Positions 24,559 to 37,730 of a DNA stretch of 64,000 nt are shown here, piece after piece (the first letter of the stretch is position 1; the number at the start of each line of letters is the position of its first letter). The position numbers were made by a program, and so were the translations under genes. The notes beneath the pieces are model-generated. The model ran no database searches, was not told the origin of the DNA, and worked only from the letters and a program-made list of their open reading frames with translations. This DNA is from Dicyema japonicum. Taxonomy: Eukaryota > Animalia > Dicyemida. Location: positions 1 through 64,000 of the forward strand of contig RDEW01000043.1 of assembly GCA_011109175.1 (NCBI GenBank), read 5' to 3'.

Positions 24559-25364
24559 TCAAATAGGAGAAGTTTTAATCTGTTCTTGACAAAGTGACTT
24601 CCTGAAGGGATTATAATCAGAACGACATTCTGAGTTGTCTAAACTATAAACACCGCCATAACTCTTTGAGATAGTCTTAGTCGACAATTCATAGGCCTGT
24701 CGGAAGGCAAAACCAAAGGCATTCGAAATACGGGCCCCCTCAAATAAAAAATCAATTATACAGTCTCATTAATAGCCGAGAAACAATAGGCCTGCCAACT
24801 TTTAGTGCAACCAACGTAGCTGACATACACAAAACCCTTCCAATGTGAGTGAACAGGACAACAAAAGGCGATTTTAGTCACAATTTGATCGAACAGAACA
24901 GACTACAGTAAAATATAACTTCATACATTCAATGAGGCATCAATTACCCTGACAGATTCTGGAGTTATTATAATCTCAACCAAAACACGTTCCTTGTTGT
25001 CTTTCTTTAGTTTTAAGAAGACATCCTGGCAGGAATTAATGTCCTTTGGTGATTCTATCTGTGCTGAACCAAGGTACTGAATTGACCGAAAGCCAAACTT
25101 TAGCGATAAACGAGCAGTTTGAATTCATCACCAACTCACGGTCAGATTCCCACAACTTTAACTTCTGAGAATGGCTCAGTTTAGACAGTCGGTGTCGCTT
25201 CATTGAAAAACTTGATCTTAAAGAAGCTCGGGAGAAGTTAGACCTGCTTGGAATATACTCTGGAGGGTTTTCAAAAGAGATGATCGACTGGGAGTTATTC
25301 ACTAAATTTTAGATTAAATAAAACTGGCAGTATTTTTTGTTAACTTGGAAACACCAGACCCCAT
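24559..25364 (-). CDS. NUMB: Numb-like PTB adaptor, miniaturised
   Basis: LWESDRELVMNSNCSFIAK|FLGSAQI, VRVID, KIAFCCP...GFVYVS..GCTKSWQAYCFSAINET|GARISNAFGFAF parallels the Numb PTB domain. N-terminal MGSGVS and a C-terminal NPF. Confidence 0.82.
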
Positions 25365-25559
25365 TTCATTCAAAAATAATTATATAGTAACTTTATATTT
25401 TTAATTTTAGCAATAATTAGATATTTGAAATCTTTATAATTAAATTTATTTGTCGATATTTTAAATCGATTTAATTAATTATTATTATTATTTATTATTT
25501 TAATCGCACGGGATCAGAACATCCGAACAGCGACGGAAAGAATACAACACCACATGGAT

Positions 25560-26115
25560 CGACTACTCGAGTGGTTTAATGAAAATCGGATGTTAGAAGT
25601 TACTGCGGAGGGAAGAGCATTGCCGTTCAGCAAATGGAAAAAAATATTGGGTCTGACTTTCGATGAACTTTTCGAGACATGTCACTAACGTGCTGAACAA
25701 ATGTGAAAAGAAAATCAACCTCCTGAAATGCCTAGCAGGTCTATGGAAAATTGGACATCACCCTATACTTTAAACGCTCTACTCACAGTACATCTAACCA
25801 TGCATTTCATATGCGTGTACTTCATGGGGACAACTGTCCTCTTGTACGAACATCCAGAAAATCTCCGCAACCCAGAAAAGGGCCTTTAAACTAACTGAGA
25901 GATGGTATACAGGGGAAAACATCAAATCACCGACGCCCATGGAGACACTAATCTAAAAAAACAAAAATGGACACCAATCCCAAAAAAGAAGTGTTCGCAA
26001 CGAACTTGTGTAGGCTCAAGGGATCAACACCGAGCAACGATAAGAGCCCTGATCCAATTCGTCGGGATCATTTAGTTAGTATTTTCGATTTGACAGTGGT
26101 CTTTGGAATTAATGT
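25560..26115 (+). mobile_element. Decayed Jockey/I-like LINE 3' half
   Basis: KILGLTFD, KINLLKCL, and a GGGATCA.TTAGTTAG..GTGGTCTTTGG end. Confidence 0.65.
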
Positions 26116-26479
26116 TAATTTAATTTTTTTAAGAAATTAACTCCATTTTTCATTCTTTGCGTTCATACGCGGGCTCGAGGGAAGAACACTGGGCAAGGAT
26201 AAAGTCGCTGTTAGAATGGATTTGGATCACGTGATAATTAGTTTGTTTTTCAAATTTCAAAGTTATTTTAAGCTCATTAAACTTACAATTAATGTTAATG
26301 ACATAAAAGTCAATTTATCAGAATGAGTATGATTTGATCGAAACCGACTTCAAACATCGATTTTATCTCAAAATACTAATTTATATGAATGAAATTTCCA
26401 CTTTTTTTAAATTGCAGATCTATTCGTGGTTTCTAACCTGGATTCGATTTCCAAATCTCATTTTAATATTAATAAAAAA

Positions 26480-27016
26480 AACTCTTAAAATTGAGGAACG
26501 AATCAGGATCAGTGAACATTGGCGTTGATAATGACGATTTCAAGGTTCTGTGAGAACCATTTCCGTTCACAGAGGTCTTTGAGTCACGTCGTGATCGCTT
26601 CTCTAATTTCATTGATGAAATCTTTACAAATTTTCTAGCAGAACCAAAGATTTCGAAGGAAATTGGGACGAACAGAAGTTCTCAAAGAAGCAATATTCGC
26701 TGAAAGATTCTTAAGTTCTTCAATTTCTTCTGTTCGACAGAGTCGGCATTTAGAAAGTCAGAATGAACAGAAAATAAAAAACGGTAAATATGCACCTCAC
26801 GTTCTAAAAGAGAGATCTTCCACGTGAAATGAAAAAAAATTCATCCATCAAGTCTCTTCACATTCCCGCAGTTCTATCAGTTAAGTTAACCCAGCTGACT
26901 TTGACCACATTGACGATCTCATTGAGCGCGGCATGTCTGAGAAATTTGCAGAAAAGAGGATGAATCAACATTCCACTCAACCGTGGCCCCACAACGACAA
27001 GTATGAGGTTTGCTAA
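26480..27016 (+). CDS. Possible spliced hypothetical gene
   Basis: Candidate micro-intron at about 26545-26572 and an open last exon ending ...HNDKYEVC-stop. No family recognised; no full model could be built. Confidence 0.25.
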
Positions 27017-27084
27017 CGCCGAACCGGAGACTTAAAATTTAGTAATTTTTCGATTATGAATTTTAAGGGCCGCTGAAAAACGCA

Positions 27085-27510
27085 CTTTCATCTGCTGGCG
27101 AACAGTGCATTTCGATGCCGACTGGTCTCAAACGCACCGACGAGATTCCTTTTTGTTAATGGTGGAACCTGGTTTGGGAAGTACACGTGTTAATACATAC
27201 TCTCCGAAGAATTTTGCCGCTTCAGTCTCAAATTCAGGTCGTGCTTCTAAACAAGCCGAAGAGAGAAGGAAGTATCGAATCATTTCTGAGGATCACTTGT
27301 TTGTTCCATTTGCTATTGAGACGTCAGGAATGCTTGGCCCACAAGCGGACGATCTAGCCCACAAGATCGGCTCAATGATCCATAAGGCCATCAAGGATCC
27401 ATGTGAGACTGGATGGCTTTGAGAGCGTATCTCGATAGCCATTAGTCGGAGGAAACAGCATGACCATTCAAGCTCCCTAATAAAGTGCTCTTTTAACTGT
27501 TTAATTAATA
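27085..27510 (+). mobile_element. CRE-like LINE 3' fragment (RLE region)
   Basis: AEE..KY..FVPFAIETSGMLG..WL.ERISIAI. Confidence 0.75.
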
Positions 27511-28499
27511 AAGTAATTTTTTGAGAAAAACGATTAAATTGAGGGGAAGTTAATTTAAGCACTGTAGATCTCATAGATGTTATAGATTGTGGAGAGATTG
27601 AACTTTTTGATTGAAATATATTTGTAATGTAAGGGCACTATATGAATTATCGATTTATTGAATAAAAAAATGTTTTCTTTCTACATTTTTCGTAAGCATT
27701 TGTGATGAAACGTGGAAGCAAGTCATTTTTCTGGCGAGTCGTTTTTAACTTTCACGTTTATTTAAGTCAGTTTAAATTCGATTACTTTATAAGGGAGATG
27801 CATGCAACTAGAAAGAAGAGAAGTTAAGAGACTCATGATACTTTACCCCCTCCCTAAAATTAATTAGCATAACCGTTCTTTCCTTATCCCAAGTGGAGGT
27901 TTAGTAATGGAAACATTATTATTACCCACAGGATCACTGGGTCAAAGAGAAAGAAATGCAAGTTCTCAAAGTGATCCAAGACCGACAAGGAAGAGGACGA
28001 GTCTGGTGGGGTAGAGAGTCCTGTACTGCTCTTTTCATAGAACATATCATAGGCTCAAACTTTCTACGTTTGTAGATATTTCGATAGCACATGAAACAGA
28101 GGGCAGCTCGGTAGACTGTCCGCCTTTAAGAGTTTTCGTTGTAACTCTTTTTCTATCTTGACTTGGGAGGTAGAAGGAAGTCAAGTAACGCATTAAGATA
28201 AAGCGAATGAATTCCAAAAGTGAGAATATTTCAAATGTATTCTCCGAAATTGTTATTCTGAATTTTTTCAAAAGAAAATTCTTTAAAATGTTAAAAATGA
28301 AAAAAGTCTTTATTTTCAAGCTGTGCCCTATGACTTTTCGAATAAAGATCAAGAGTTCTATCAGTTTTAAGTTCAATTCAGTGATGTTTCAAGTAATACC
28401 AAAGATTGACACCTTTGATGGCGAAAAAGAGTCTGAAAAAGATCTATTTCGTTTTCAATCAGGATATTGAAAAAATAGTCGAGCTTTTGTGACTATGAG

Positions 28500-29540
28500 T
28501 TTATTTATTTAGAACCAAGAATCACCGACAAAACAAAGAAGAGTAGGGGCAGTGAGGGGATCCCGCATCTTTGAGTAGCCGCCTTTTCTCTGTGTTCCTC
28601 TCGAGTGCCGAGACATTTCCGGTGTGGACGAATGACTTTTGGAGGTTTAGAGGTTTTGGCAGATCTCCCGTATTACTCACGAGTACCTCGAACGGGTTGG
28701 TTTTAATATCGAGGAGGATCTTTGTAGGGTCTTTGTTACTGTCTCTTGGACGGAGTTTATTTTCTTTGGGTTGGTATAGGATATGTTAGAACCCCAAGCC
28801 GCGCAGCAGTATCTGATTGACGGAAGTATGTATTGGTAGTAGAGGTGATCTACTGTTGGCTGGAACCATCTCTTGTAGTATCCAAGTAGCGTTTTTACAA
28901 AGTTTAATTTTCGCTGGGAAGAGGAGATTATGTCGCTCACATGTTTGCTGAAGGTCATTAGTGGGTCATATGTGACCCCCAGTATTTTGGTTGAATTTGT
29001 GAAGGGGATTGTTATCCTATTTAGGGTCAATGGAGGCACAAAGTTAGTCAATCTTCTATTGGAAGTAAAGAAGACCGAATAACGATGAAGACCGTAGTTT
29101 GGTAAAACACTGTGCTCATTTAAATAACGGTAGCCACTTTTCAGCAAAAAATCAATATATTGCATTTTTTACACTCCAACCTAAAATTTTGGCTTTCCAA
29201 TTTTCTAAATGGAAGACATGGACAAATCCTAAGCCACGGTATGAAGTGAACTAAGATTTTTGTCGAATTGAGTTTCCAAGGATCCCCATTATTCAACTTG
29301 TACATTAATGACATGTCCATCCCATCCAAAGGAGATTGTCTTCTTCCATCATACGCCGACGACATTGTCCTTGCTGCCAAACATCAAGACTATCAAATTG
29401 CTACTGGAGTTGTGCAGGACACATTACACCAACTAACGACTAGGCTTGTTCGATGACGGTTGGACGTATCCTCTTCGACACTTTCATATCCAACAAAATA
29501 TCCTGTTCAACAACTATATGACACCAACAATCATTTTTGG
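28500..29540 (-). mobile_element. LINE fragment with an inverted upstream RT segment
   Basis: Minus strand 28500-29100: KILGVTYDPLMTFSKHV..PSIRYC..WG plus tail. Plus strand 29265-29480: QGS.PLFNLYIND..YADD. Confidence 0.7.
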
Positions 29541-29699
29541 GGTCACCTTCAGCCAAGGGCTCTCTTTTATCCGATATTTTGAAAATTAATAACTTCTCTG
29601 AAGAAAATGGGAATCCTAAAAGTGCTTTCAAAACACTTGAGGACAAATATGGAGGCCTTGCCACAATTTATGACAATTTATCCGACCCACGATGACATA

Positions 29700-29850
29700 T
29701 GCAAGTCCACCGTGAACAATATTGATATCCCGCTCTTCATCTCTTTAACTTTTCTTTTTTGTCCAACGTAGATGAATGAAACCTTCGACCGAAATGGACA
29801 GCAACGAGATTCGAATCCGGAACCATTGGATCTGGTCCAGCACTGGTTAC
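29700..29850 (-). mobile_element. Degenerate tRNA-SINE copy
   Basis: The reverse strand reads GGATTCGAATCTCGTTGCTGTCC..CGAAGGTTTCATTCATCTAC, like the SINE head. Confidence 0.55.
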
Positions 29851-30419
29851 GCTTGTCATTCCACGGGATCAAGAAGAGGTATATGATTCCAAAGTTCAAT
29901 AACTATCTTGTAATTGACCCCACTAGAGCTGTCGACATTGTCCGTCGAGAAAAACCCATAGAAGTGCTGGAAAGTTTCCTGAATCAGGACCTGGTCACCA
30001 TAATACTGATACTCCTATCAAACACGGCATTGTGAGTGCTTATTGGAAACTGTATCTGGTGGAAATCGTGATAACAGTGTGCAAACCTCGAGGAGACTCC
30101 CTCTCTCCGGTATCGCTATGTACCTTGAATCGGCTCTCCGAAATTTCCGGAAGTATTACAGCGAAATATTGACTCCGGCGACATATTGCCTCGGTGTTGC
30201 CCATCACGATAGCAATAGAAATCAACTGGTAGAGCCTTTTGGTTTTGCAGACGTCTTCTGAGTATAGCCATACATCTCAGATTTTTGAGAAAAGACAAAG
30301 TTCCCGTTTTTCGTCCCAGTTGTCTCGTTAGGGATCGCATGGCCACTAAAATTAAAATCCAAACATTTTGTCCCCAATCACTAATAACAAGAAATTCATT
30401 ATAAACTAATCAATACACA

Positions 30420-31654
30420 AGTTTAAGCAGAATTTATTTGAAACCAAAAATACAATGTAAAATCATTGATATATATCTTCTTCCTCGATTTCTCCCTCGA
30501 AGAATCATCCGCAGGAAATAGTAATGATATTACCTTCTTGCACTTTTCTTGAATCCTTGCTGAGTCACAATAGATCTTATGAACCAATAAGAGGATTTCC
30601 TTCTTTTCAAGTTCCTCATTAATGTTCAAATATTCGTCAACATTTTCAAAATCGCTAGTTTGATTGTTTCCGTATCTGCTCGAATCGCTCATCAAATTTT
30701 TATCGTAAAATCTATTTTATAGTCACTTTGAACTTCCTTCCTTCCGCATTATACTGGTTTTTTTGAAATACTCTATTTACTTCCTAGTTATCATTATTAG
30801 CAGGGAACTATTCACTCAGTTATACAAGCAATTCTAAAAGTCTTTAAATTATTAAATTTCAGACTTCTTATAAATAATCCAAAGACCGTTCGGTTACGTA
30901 GTTCCACTGGTCTAAATCCCTTTATGGTCCAATCCCCCATCTTCATCTGGTATCAATCTTTTCACTTGACCGAATATAGCAGAGTTGCGTCTTCATGATC
31001 CTAAATTTATAATGACTCACAAAAAACTGAGCGACTTTTTCAGTAATCGTGACTTACCTCAGCAATTTCTCAGACTGTTCGTAGATACTTAGACTTTGAA
31101 TATGATCTTCATCAGTCTCAGGGTATTTAAAACTCATAAATAATGAAAATGGGTTCTGTCATGTCATTCCGTGTATGCTGATATTGTAACGACAAATAAT
31201 GCGACTTTGACACGATAAGTAACTCTCACAGTTGCCCTCATAGGCTGATGTCAAAGATATCCATTTTTTGATTGATTGGTTTAATCTTATATATAAAAAA
31301 CTTACCACTCTATGCAGTAACAAAGGTGGACCGTACTGATAAGAATCCTTTTTAGTTTTAAAAGTTGCTACTTCGGCCATTGAAAAATGAGAAAACGAGT
31401 CGATGACGACAAAAATCTGACAAATATCAAATTATTTTATACCCAAAAATAACCAAGGTTTCCTTCTGAATATCGCTTTAGATCTCTCAAATCAGGTAGA
31501 TAGCATTGATTTTGTAGGGTAATCGGTGGTTTCGTCTCCAACATCTGTGAATTATGCCAACCAACAGAAAAACTTTATCCCTATCAATAAGAATTTGGTA
31601 AGTCGACGATGTTTTAATTTCGTTGCTCGATCCAGATCTTCAATAAAATACATG
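30420..31654 (-). CDS. Probable spliced hypothetical gene(s)
   Basis: ATG directly after an AT-rich tract and several GT..AG micro-intron candidates. No family recognised. Confidence 0.3.
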
Positions 31655-31699
31655 TTGATTTGATAAATTTAAATTAATTTTCTTTTTTAGTTATTTATT

Positions 31700-32010
31700 A
31701 TTTTTTTATTTTAAAACCCCAAGACCACCAAGAAAGAAAGGTTAATTCACTAATTAAGTGATCCCAGCCTCCAACATCTTGCAAATTCTTCTTTAACCCA
31801 ACGACCCAAGTGCCTTTTTTATTTCTGCAGAGGAATTCTATCGAAATACGCTTCTTTATGGTCGATCTGAATTTTTCTGCATGGGCCGCGCTTTCTCTGA
31901 ATGGGTTTCCTAGCTCTTGTAGGAAGCCCTGGCCATTTCTCAACGTCGCCGCCTCCGAAAAGAGAGTGGGGATTGATACAATCCACGCTCCACAGACAAA
32001 ATTTTCCACA
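31700..32010 (-). mobile_element. Jockey/I-like LINE 3' end
   Basis: Close paralogue of 18230-18530, including the UTR. Confidence 0.75.
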
Positions 32011-34220
32011 TAAAAATTTTGATTCAGTCATAGAGATTACTCGCTTGACCCTCTTTAAACAATTTCATTCTTACATGATCTTATTTATGCATTCTCTCAC
32101 AGCGGAGTTTATCTCGTCACATCTTCATAAGGTAAATTGAAAGAATTTGACTGTACTTCTAAATCTACAGCTGGTTCTATAAATAAACCTCATGAATTTA
32201 TGTCTAGGGAGTCGACACCATTTATCCGGTTCAACAAGTTTCGAAAAATAGTCGAAATTTCCTGTTGCGTGGACAGTCCTCCACCAGACTATTCCAACAC
32301 GACAGCGTTAGATCCAATGTCTTGGTTTATAATGTTTATGTAGAACTTCCAGAAAGATGGATTTTTCTTATTCAGCATCTTAGGATTCATCCTGATTGAT
32401 GAGCATTGTCATAGCTGTTCAAGGTCGGAACTGCCAATACATTTCAGTAAAACTAAAAATTTTCAAGAGAAAGAGGCACCTCAGAACAAAACAAAGACCA
32501 AAGAGTGAAAATGATAACCTTGAAAAAATTAGAACTGTTATATTTTGCGTTGTGGAGCGTTAGTCGTTATAGTAGGCTTGAAAATTATTAAATACACTTA
32601 ATAAGATTACGTTGTTTTCAGAATTGTTAGTGTGGCCCGCTTGTATACACAAATTACCTTATGCAGCCCCTGGACCTTTTTGAGTTTGATATGCCTGGAA
32701 TAGATCATTAATTTATTTCTGTATCGCCCGCGTCTCTTGTTAAGTCACTGGGATTTACAACACAGCTTCTTGGAGTGGAGCTTATTTCTCTCCGCGACCT
32801 TCCTCTCGATTTGATATAGAATCCCCACTGTCTTTACTGTACCATAAACTCTTCTAGCAATAACGTTTCACACAGTCCTCAAGAAGTTAATGAGACTGAA
32901 ATTTAATCAATTATAGTTGGTCGTAGATATTTGTCTCAGCTCCCCTTAAAGACAAGTGAAATTCACGTCCTATAGTGACTCCAATCCACTCGTCGAATGT
33001 CATAGTCGAGAAAGACATAAAGAAGTTCCCTTCATCTCCAGATTAATATTTAACCTTTGCGGCATATGATCACTCCAAATATCTTCCAAAATAACTGGAT
33101 GTTTCACAAAGTTATGAATGCAGAAGAGACACATAACTACAAGTTCGTCTTCACCTCTCGAAGAGTAATGATTAATTTTCAAAGAGGCTAACACCATGAA
33201 CATATTCAAAGGGCTATTTCTTCGAGTTTAGATTACTAACAAAATCCTATTTAACAACAACACTACCTTGATAGAAAGGACAAAACCACTAATTAGGTGA
33301 TCCCAGACTACAATATCTTTCGAACTCTCCTTGAATGTTCTGCCAGAGATCCAATTGCCCTCCGGATTTTAGAATGGCGTCATATGGTTCAACTTTTGTG
33401 GTGGAGCTCAGGATTGAAGTGATGTGAAGGAACCATTATACCCCCTACCTCGCCGATCACCTTGACGTGACTACAACTGAATGTCAACGGGGTCCGTAGC
33501 AAAGTTATGTAACTGCGCCTTTCGATAGCAGACAATTTTCTCAAAACAAGGATTAAGCGACTTAGAATAGAGGCCCCCAATTTTGACCTATATAAGGTGT
33601 AATCATACTTTAGTCGACACAGATTCATATTGGAACGAATCCACAACATTTCAGGATCTCAGGTTTTAAACGATAAAAAGTGACGTGCCTGTTTCAACAA
33701 CCGCTCCTTCTATTCACCTTACGTCCACAAAGTGATATCCATCAAAGCTTGAAGTTTCTCGGCACTTGATTTTTGATTCATTTATGGCGATGACGTCTGC
33801 CAGTTCGACTTCCATCAATAGCCTCTCCTTTGTGGATGTACCTTTGGCTATTGATATATTTAGTCCTAGGAGTACTTTCTCTGGTGATCTACTTTATTCA
33901 GAAGTTGATTTGTTTTTTGATTGTCTCCTCTTTTTAAAAGCCCCACCAGATTATTTATTTATTATTTAGCCCCACCAGATCAAGTAAAAACTTAGCATCC
34001 TTTTTGTTTTAATGATCTTTTCCAGTTTATTAAGGATTTCTTCAGATCATTGAATCGTTGTTAGAATGTTAAGTCAGTACAGCAATTTCCGAGGTAACAT
34101 TAATTTTTTAAAGACGCTGTAACGGTGCGGTAAAAAAAAGAATATAAAATAAATTGTAAAAATAATTAGTTTAAACTAAAAATATATTTAAATTATTTCT
34201 GACAGATACTCATACTTGAT

Positions 34221-35125
34221 ATGGAGAGATATGTCATTGGGAATAAATTTAAACTTATTGGCAAAATTGGTAGTGGTTCCTTTGGGAAGATATATTCTGC
34301 TCTGGACATCAAAACAAGGAAAATAGTGGCTATAAAAATGGAAAGTTCTCAGTCAATTAATTTACAACTTCATTTTGAAAGCAGAATATATCAGATTTTA
34401 CAAGGGAATCCCGGGGTCCCTTTAATATACGAATACATCGAAGACAACAAATACAATAGTCTAGTGATGGAGTTACTGGGTCCATCCATCGAGGATATCT
34501 TCAAGATGAATAACAGAAAATTCAATTTGAAAAGTGTAATAATGATCGCAGAACAAGTACTTGACCGACTCAGTTATGTCCACTCACGCTGCATCATCCA
34601 CAGAGACGTGAAACCAGACAATTTCCTTATAGGAACAGGACGTCAATTTTCTCGTATCTATTTGATCGATTATGGACTGGCCAAAAAGTACAAGAGTTTG
34701 ACGACTGGACAGCACATTCCTTTCAGAAAAGACCGAGGTCTCACCGGTACAGCACGATATGCAAGCACTAATGCTCACATGGGAATAGAACAGAGTCGAA
34801 GAGACGATTTGGAGTCTCTGGATACGTTATGCTGTACCTTTTGCGAGGGAATCTACCATGGGATGGACTCCAGGCGTCAACTAAGAAGGAAAAATATCAG
34901 AAAATCGCTCAAAGGAAATTATCCACTTCCATGGAGACACTCTGTATGGGATTTCCAGTCGAGTTCCTCAGGTATATGACCTACTGTCACTCTTTAACTT
35001 TCGATAAAGAGCCTGACTACCATTACTTGCGCCAATTATTCCAAATTCTGTTCAGAAGAATGTGTTTTGAACGAGATTTAGACTTTCCATGGATAAGTAA
35101 TAAAAAGAGTGTGTTTAACGTGTGA
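34221..35125 (+). CDS. CSNK1A1: Casein kinase 1 (alpha-like), intronless, one frameshift near 34820
   Basis: IGSGSFG, VAIKME, IHRDVKPDN, DYGLAK, LTGTARYAS, EQSRRDDLES, then LPWDGL..YLRQLFQILFR in the shifted frame. The isoform assignment is tentative. Confidence 0.85.
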
Positions 35126-37206
35126 ATTTATATTAATCTATTGATTATTTATGGATTATACCAGTTTTGTCGATATTTTAATATACCATGCACTATAACA
35201 AAATTTAATATACCATGCACTAATTTTCAAAATGTTGACCACGTCACATGTCACAGCAATAAGTAGATTTGAATTAAGTTTTATGTTTATATGCTGGAAA
35301 ATTCAATTTTGATTTATTTTCATTTGTATTTTTTAATTAAGGTGATGTTTAAATATGGTAGAATATTTCTAAAAAGGCGATGTGTTGAAAAGGAAAAATT
35401 ATGCTGACCTGCCTGACGAAGTGATGTTTACTCCTCCTGCGTTCCGGTGTCATTGACCCTCGATGCTTGCTTTTCTGGGTCACTTGGAAAACGGATTCCG
35501 CTCACTCTGACGATTTCCACTGTGTATTCAAGCGAGTTTCGCTCGCAAGTAGCGAGAAAATGATCAATGCACTCAGGGTTTTCACATTCATTTAGTTATT
35601 GTCGTATGTCTCAGTTTCCGGGCTGTTGATACAGTCAGGGTTGATAAGTAAAATTTATCATTGAAATCACCTTAGTATTTTTTAAGGTTACATTTCAATC
35701 CTCTGCTGTTAAAGCTTTCAGTCGACAGTGTACCTCAACCAAAAAACTTAGCACTAAATTTAATTAAATAAAGCAAAAAATTGATAAATAGGTGGCAAAT
35801 ACAGGGAATTCACCTTTATCAGAATACTATAGGGTTTCCCAATAATTAGCGTCGCTTTCATTGGATGAGGGTAAATATATATTTTTAGATGAAAGAACAT
35901 CTTAAAACTCATAATGAGGTCAGATTTTCACTATCCTGAAGACCAAGACGTGAAAGAGCTGTTTCAGCATCTTTTGCTTACATTACCGTAGAGACCATTG
36001 GAACGAGAAATTGCATCAATGACTAAATCTTTGTCATGAAGAGGGAATTGGAGACCCGAACTCTAATTTGATAATGCCAAAAATTGATTGAAATAGCAAG
36101 CCTCCACGTTCCATTACCACTTACTCACCATTTCTCAATCCAACTGAGAATTCATTAAGCAGATGGAAAAACTGTTTTCAGAGGAGGGGCAGAAAATGAG
36201 AAAAAAGGACGCCATTGATCGGGAAAGTGACATTAATGGTTTGGAAACCCTAAAATACTGAGAAACAATAAACATGTGCGCATGCAGAAAGGATAACGAA
36301 ACAGATGAGTCGTAAGAAAACAGAGTAGACTCTAAAAGGAAAGATAAGCATAAAAATAAAAGTAAAAATCCCATTGAGGTTCTGTGATTTTCAGTAAAGT
36401 AAGATGTTATGTGGGAGATATCCAACATAATTGCCAAACAGATGCGTTTTGTATAACAGTCGCATAGAAAGATGTCCAAAATTGTATTTCTCCACCAAAT
36501 GGAATGGAATTATTCAATGGTGGGAGATTTCAGGCACTATGAACCGATTGAGAGTAACCATCAAGATCTCAAGGCCAATCTTTTGAAGAGTCAGTGCACA
36601 GGCGACACTCGTCAAGCCAAAACATCTTCGATGTGTGGAACCTTGAGCCGGAATATACAGCAGCAAGATTCGAACTAAGGGGCATCAGGCCTTTTGTCAG
36701 GAAATCAAAAAGTAAAGGCGATTAAATAAATATTCTAATAATACATGGAAAACAGAGTATTACCGCAATCTAATGTGAGCGTGTTAATTCAATGCCTGTT
36801 TACCGCTGAAAAGCATAGAAATGTAGATTCAGGACTTGAATAATATCCACCTTGACTATGTTGATGGAGAAGATTACGTTTTTTTGATACGATATTAAAT
36901 AATAATGCATAATCTCACAAATTAATCTAAATCTAAAATAATTCATTTATTAATTAAATAATATTAATTAATATCATTAAAGTAGACAAGGTTTGTGGTG
37001 CGCTTAGTCAATGTCCTAATTAGAATATTTCCATAAAAATGCAATAATTTGACACTTTTCACTACTTTGGGATCAAAATCAGCATTGCTTTATATAATAT
37101 TAGCACAAATTAGCACCGCCATATATCGACTATGCTATTACGCAGCAGCGCGAATGCAGCGTAATTGCTAACGCCCAAACGATAATTTATTAAAGATTAA
37201 TGAAGA

Positions 37207-37730
37207 ATGAACATTTTTCCCGATTGCTCACTCAGCGTTCGGATCCCCTATCTTGAACTGCTCAAGAATTACCCTTCCTCCTATGAGGAACCGCGTCATC
37301 CTGAACAGTGGATACTCCAAAAGGACCAAAATCGAGGAACCATGGTTTGAAGATGACATACGGACGCTAATTTGTACGATCTTCTTGCCACCTGATGGCA
37401 ATTTCATGGACTCGGACGGGCATCGAGATTTGTGGACCGTTGAGCCAGCAAAAACTCGAGGAGCCAAGTTAACTCATCTAAAACCCGTCTCCAGAAAAAG
37501 AAGGATTGACTATGGGACTACCCGGGCACCAAAAGAATCGACCATGACTTCCAGCCAGTTATGAGAGGGCGGAGTCAGCGGAGGCGCAGATGTGGTTTCT
37601 GTGGGCCCTGTAATGTCCGAGAGAACTGTAATTCTGCAAAACTGCTTAAAATCGCAAAGTCCTTAAGCAATCATGCATTTACAGAAAATGCATCTACCTA
37701 CGGGACAAGCCAGTATTTGTCAGTATTTAA
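37207..37730 (+). CDS. CXXC zinc-finger protein (CXXC4/CXXC5/TET-type finger), with frameshifts
   Basis: Correcting small indels gives RRRRCGFCGPCNVRENCxxCKxCLNRKVLKQSCIYRKC, the full 8-Cys pattern. AT-rich flanks. The start codon is uncertain. Confidence 0.72.

Noticed and set aside
27800-28470. Possible spliced gene
   Set aside because: Some intron-like segments, but no coherent frame or homology that I can recognise.
34221-35125. Pseudogene or programmed frameshift in CK1 and other genes
   Set aside because: Similar 1-bp losses affect many otherwise well-conserved genes, which points to assembly error.
35350-36730. Coding gene between CK1 and the CXXC gene
   Set aside because: Coding-like composition, but many stops that micro-introns do not resolve and no recognisable family.
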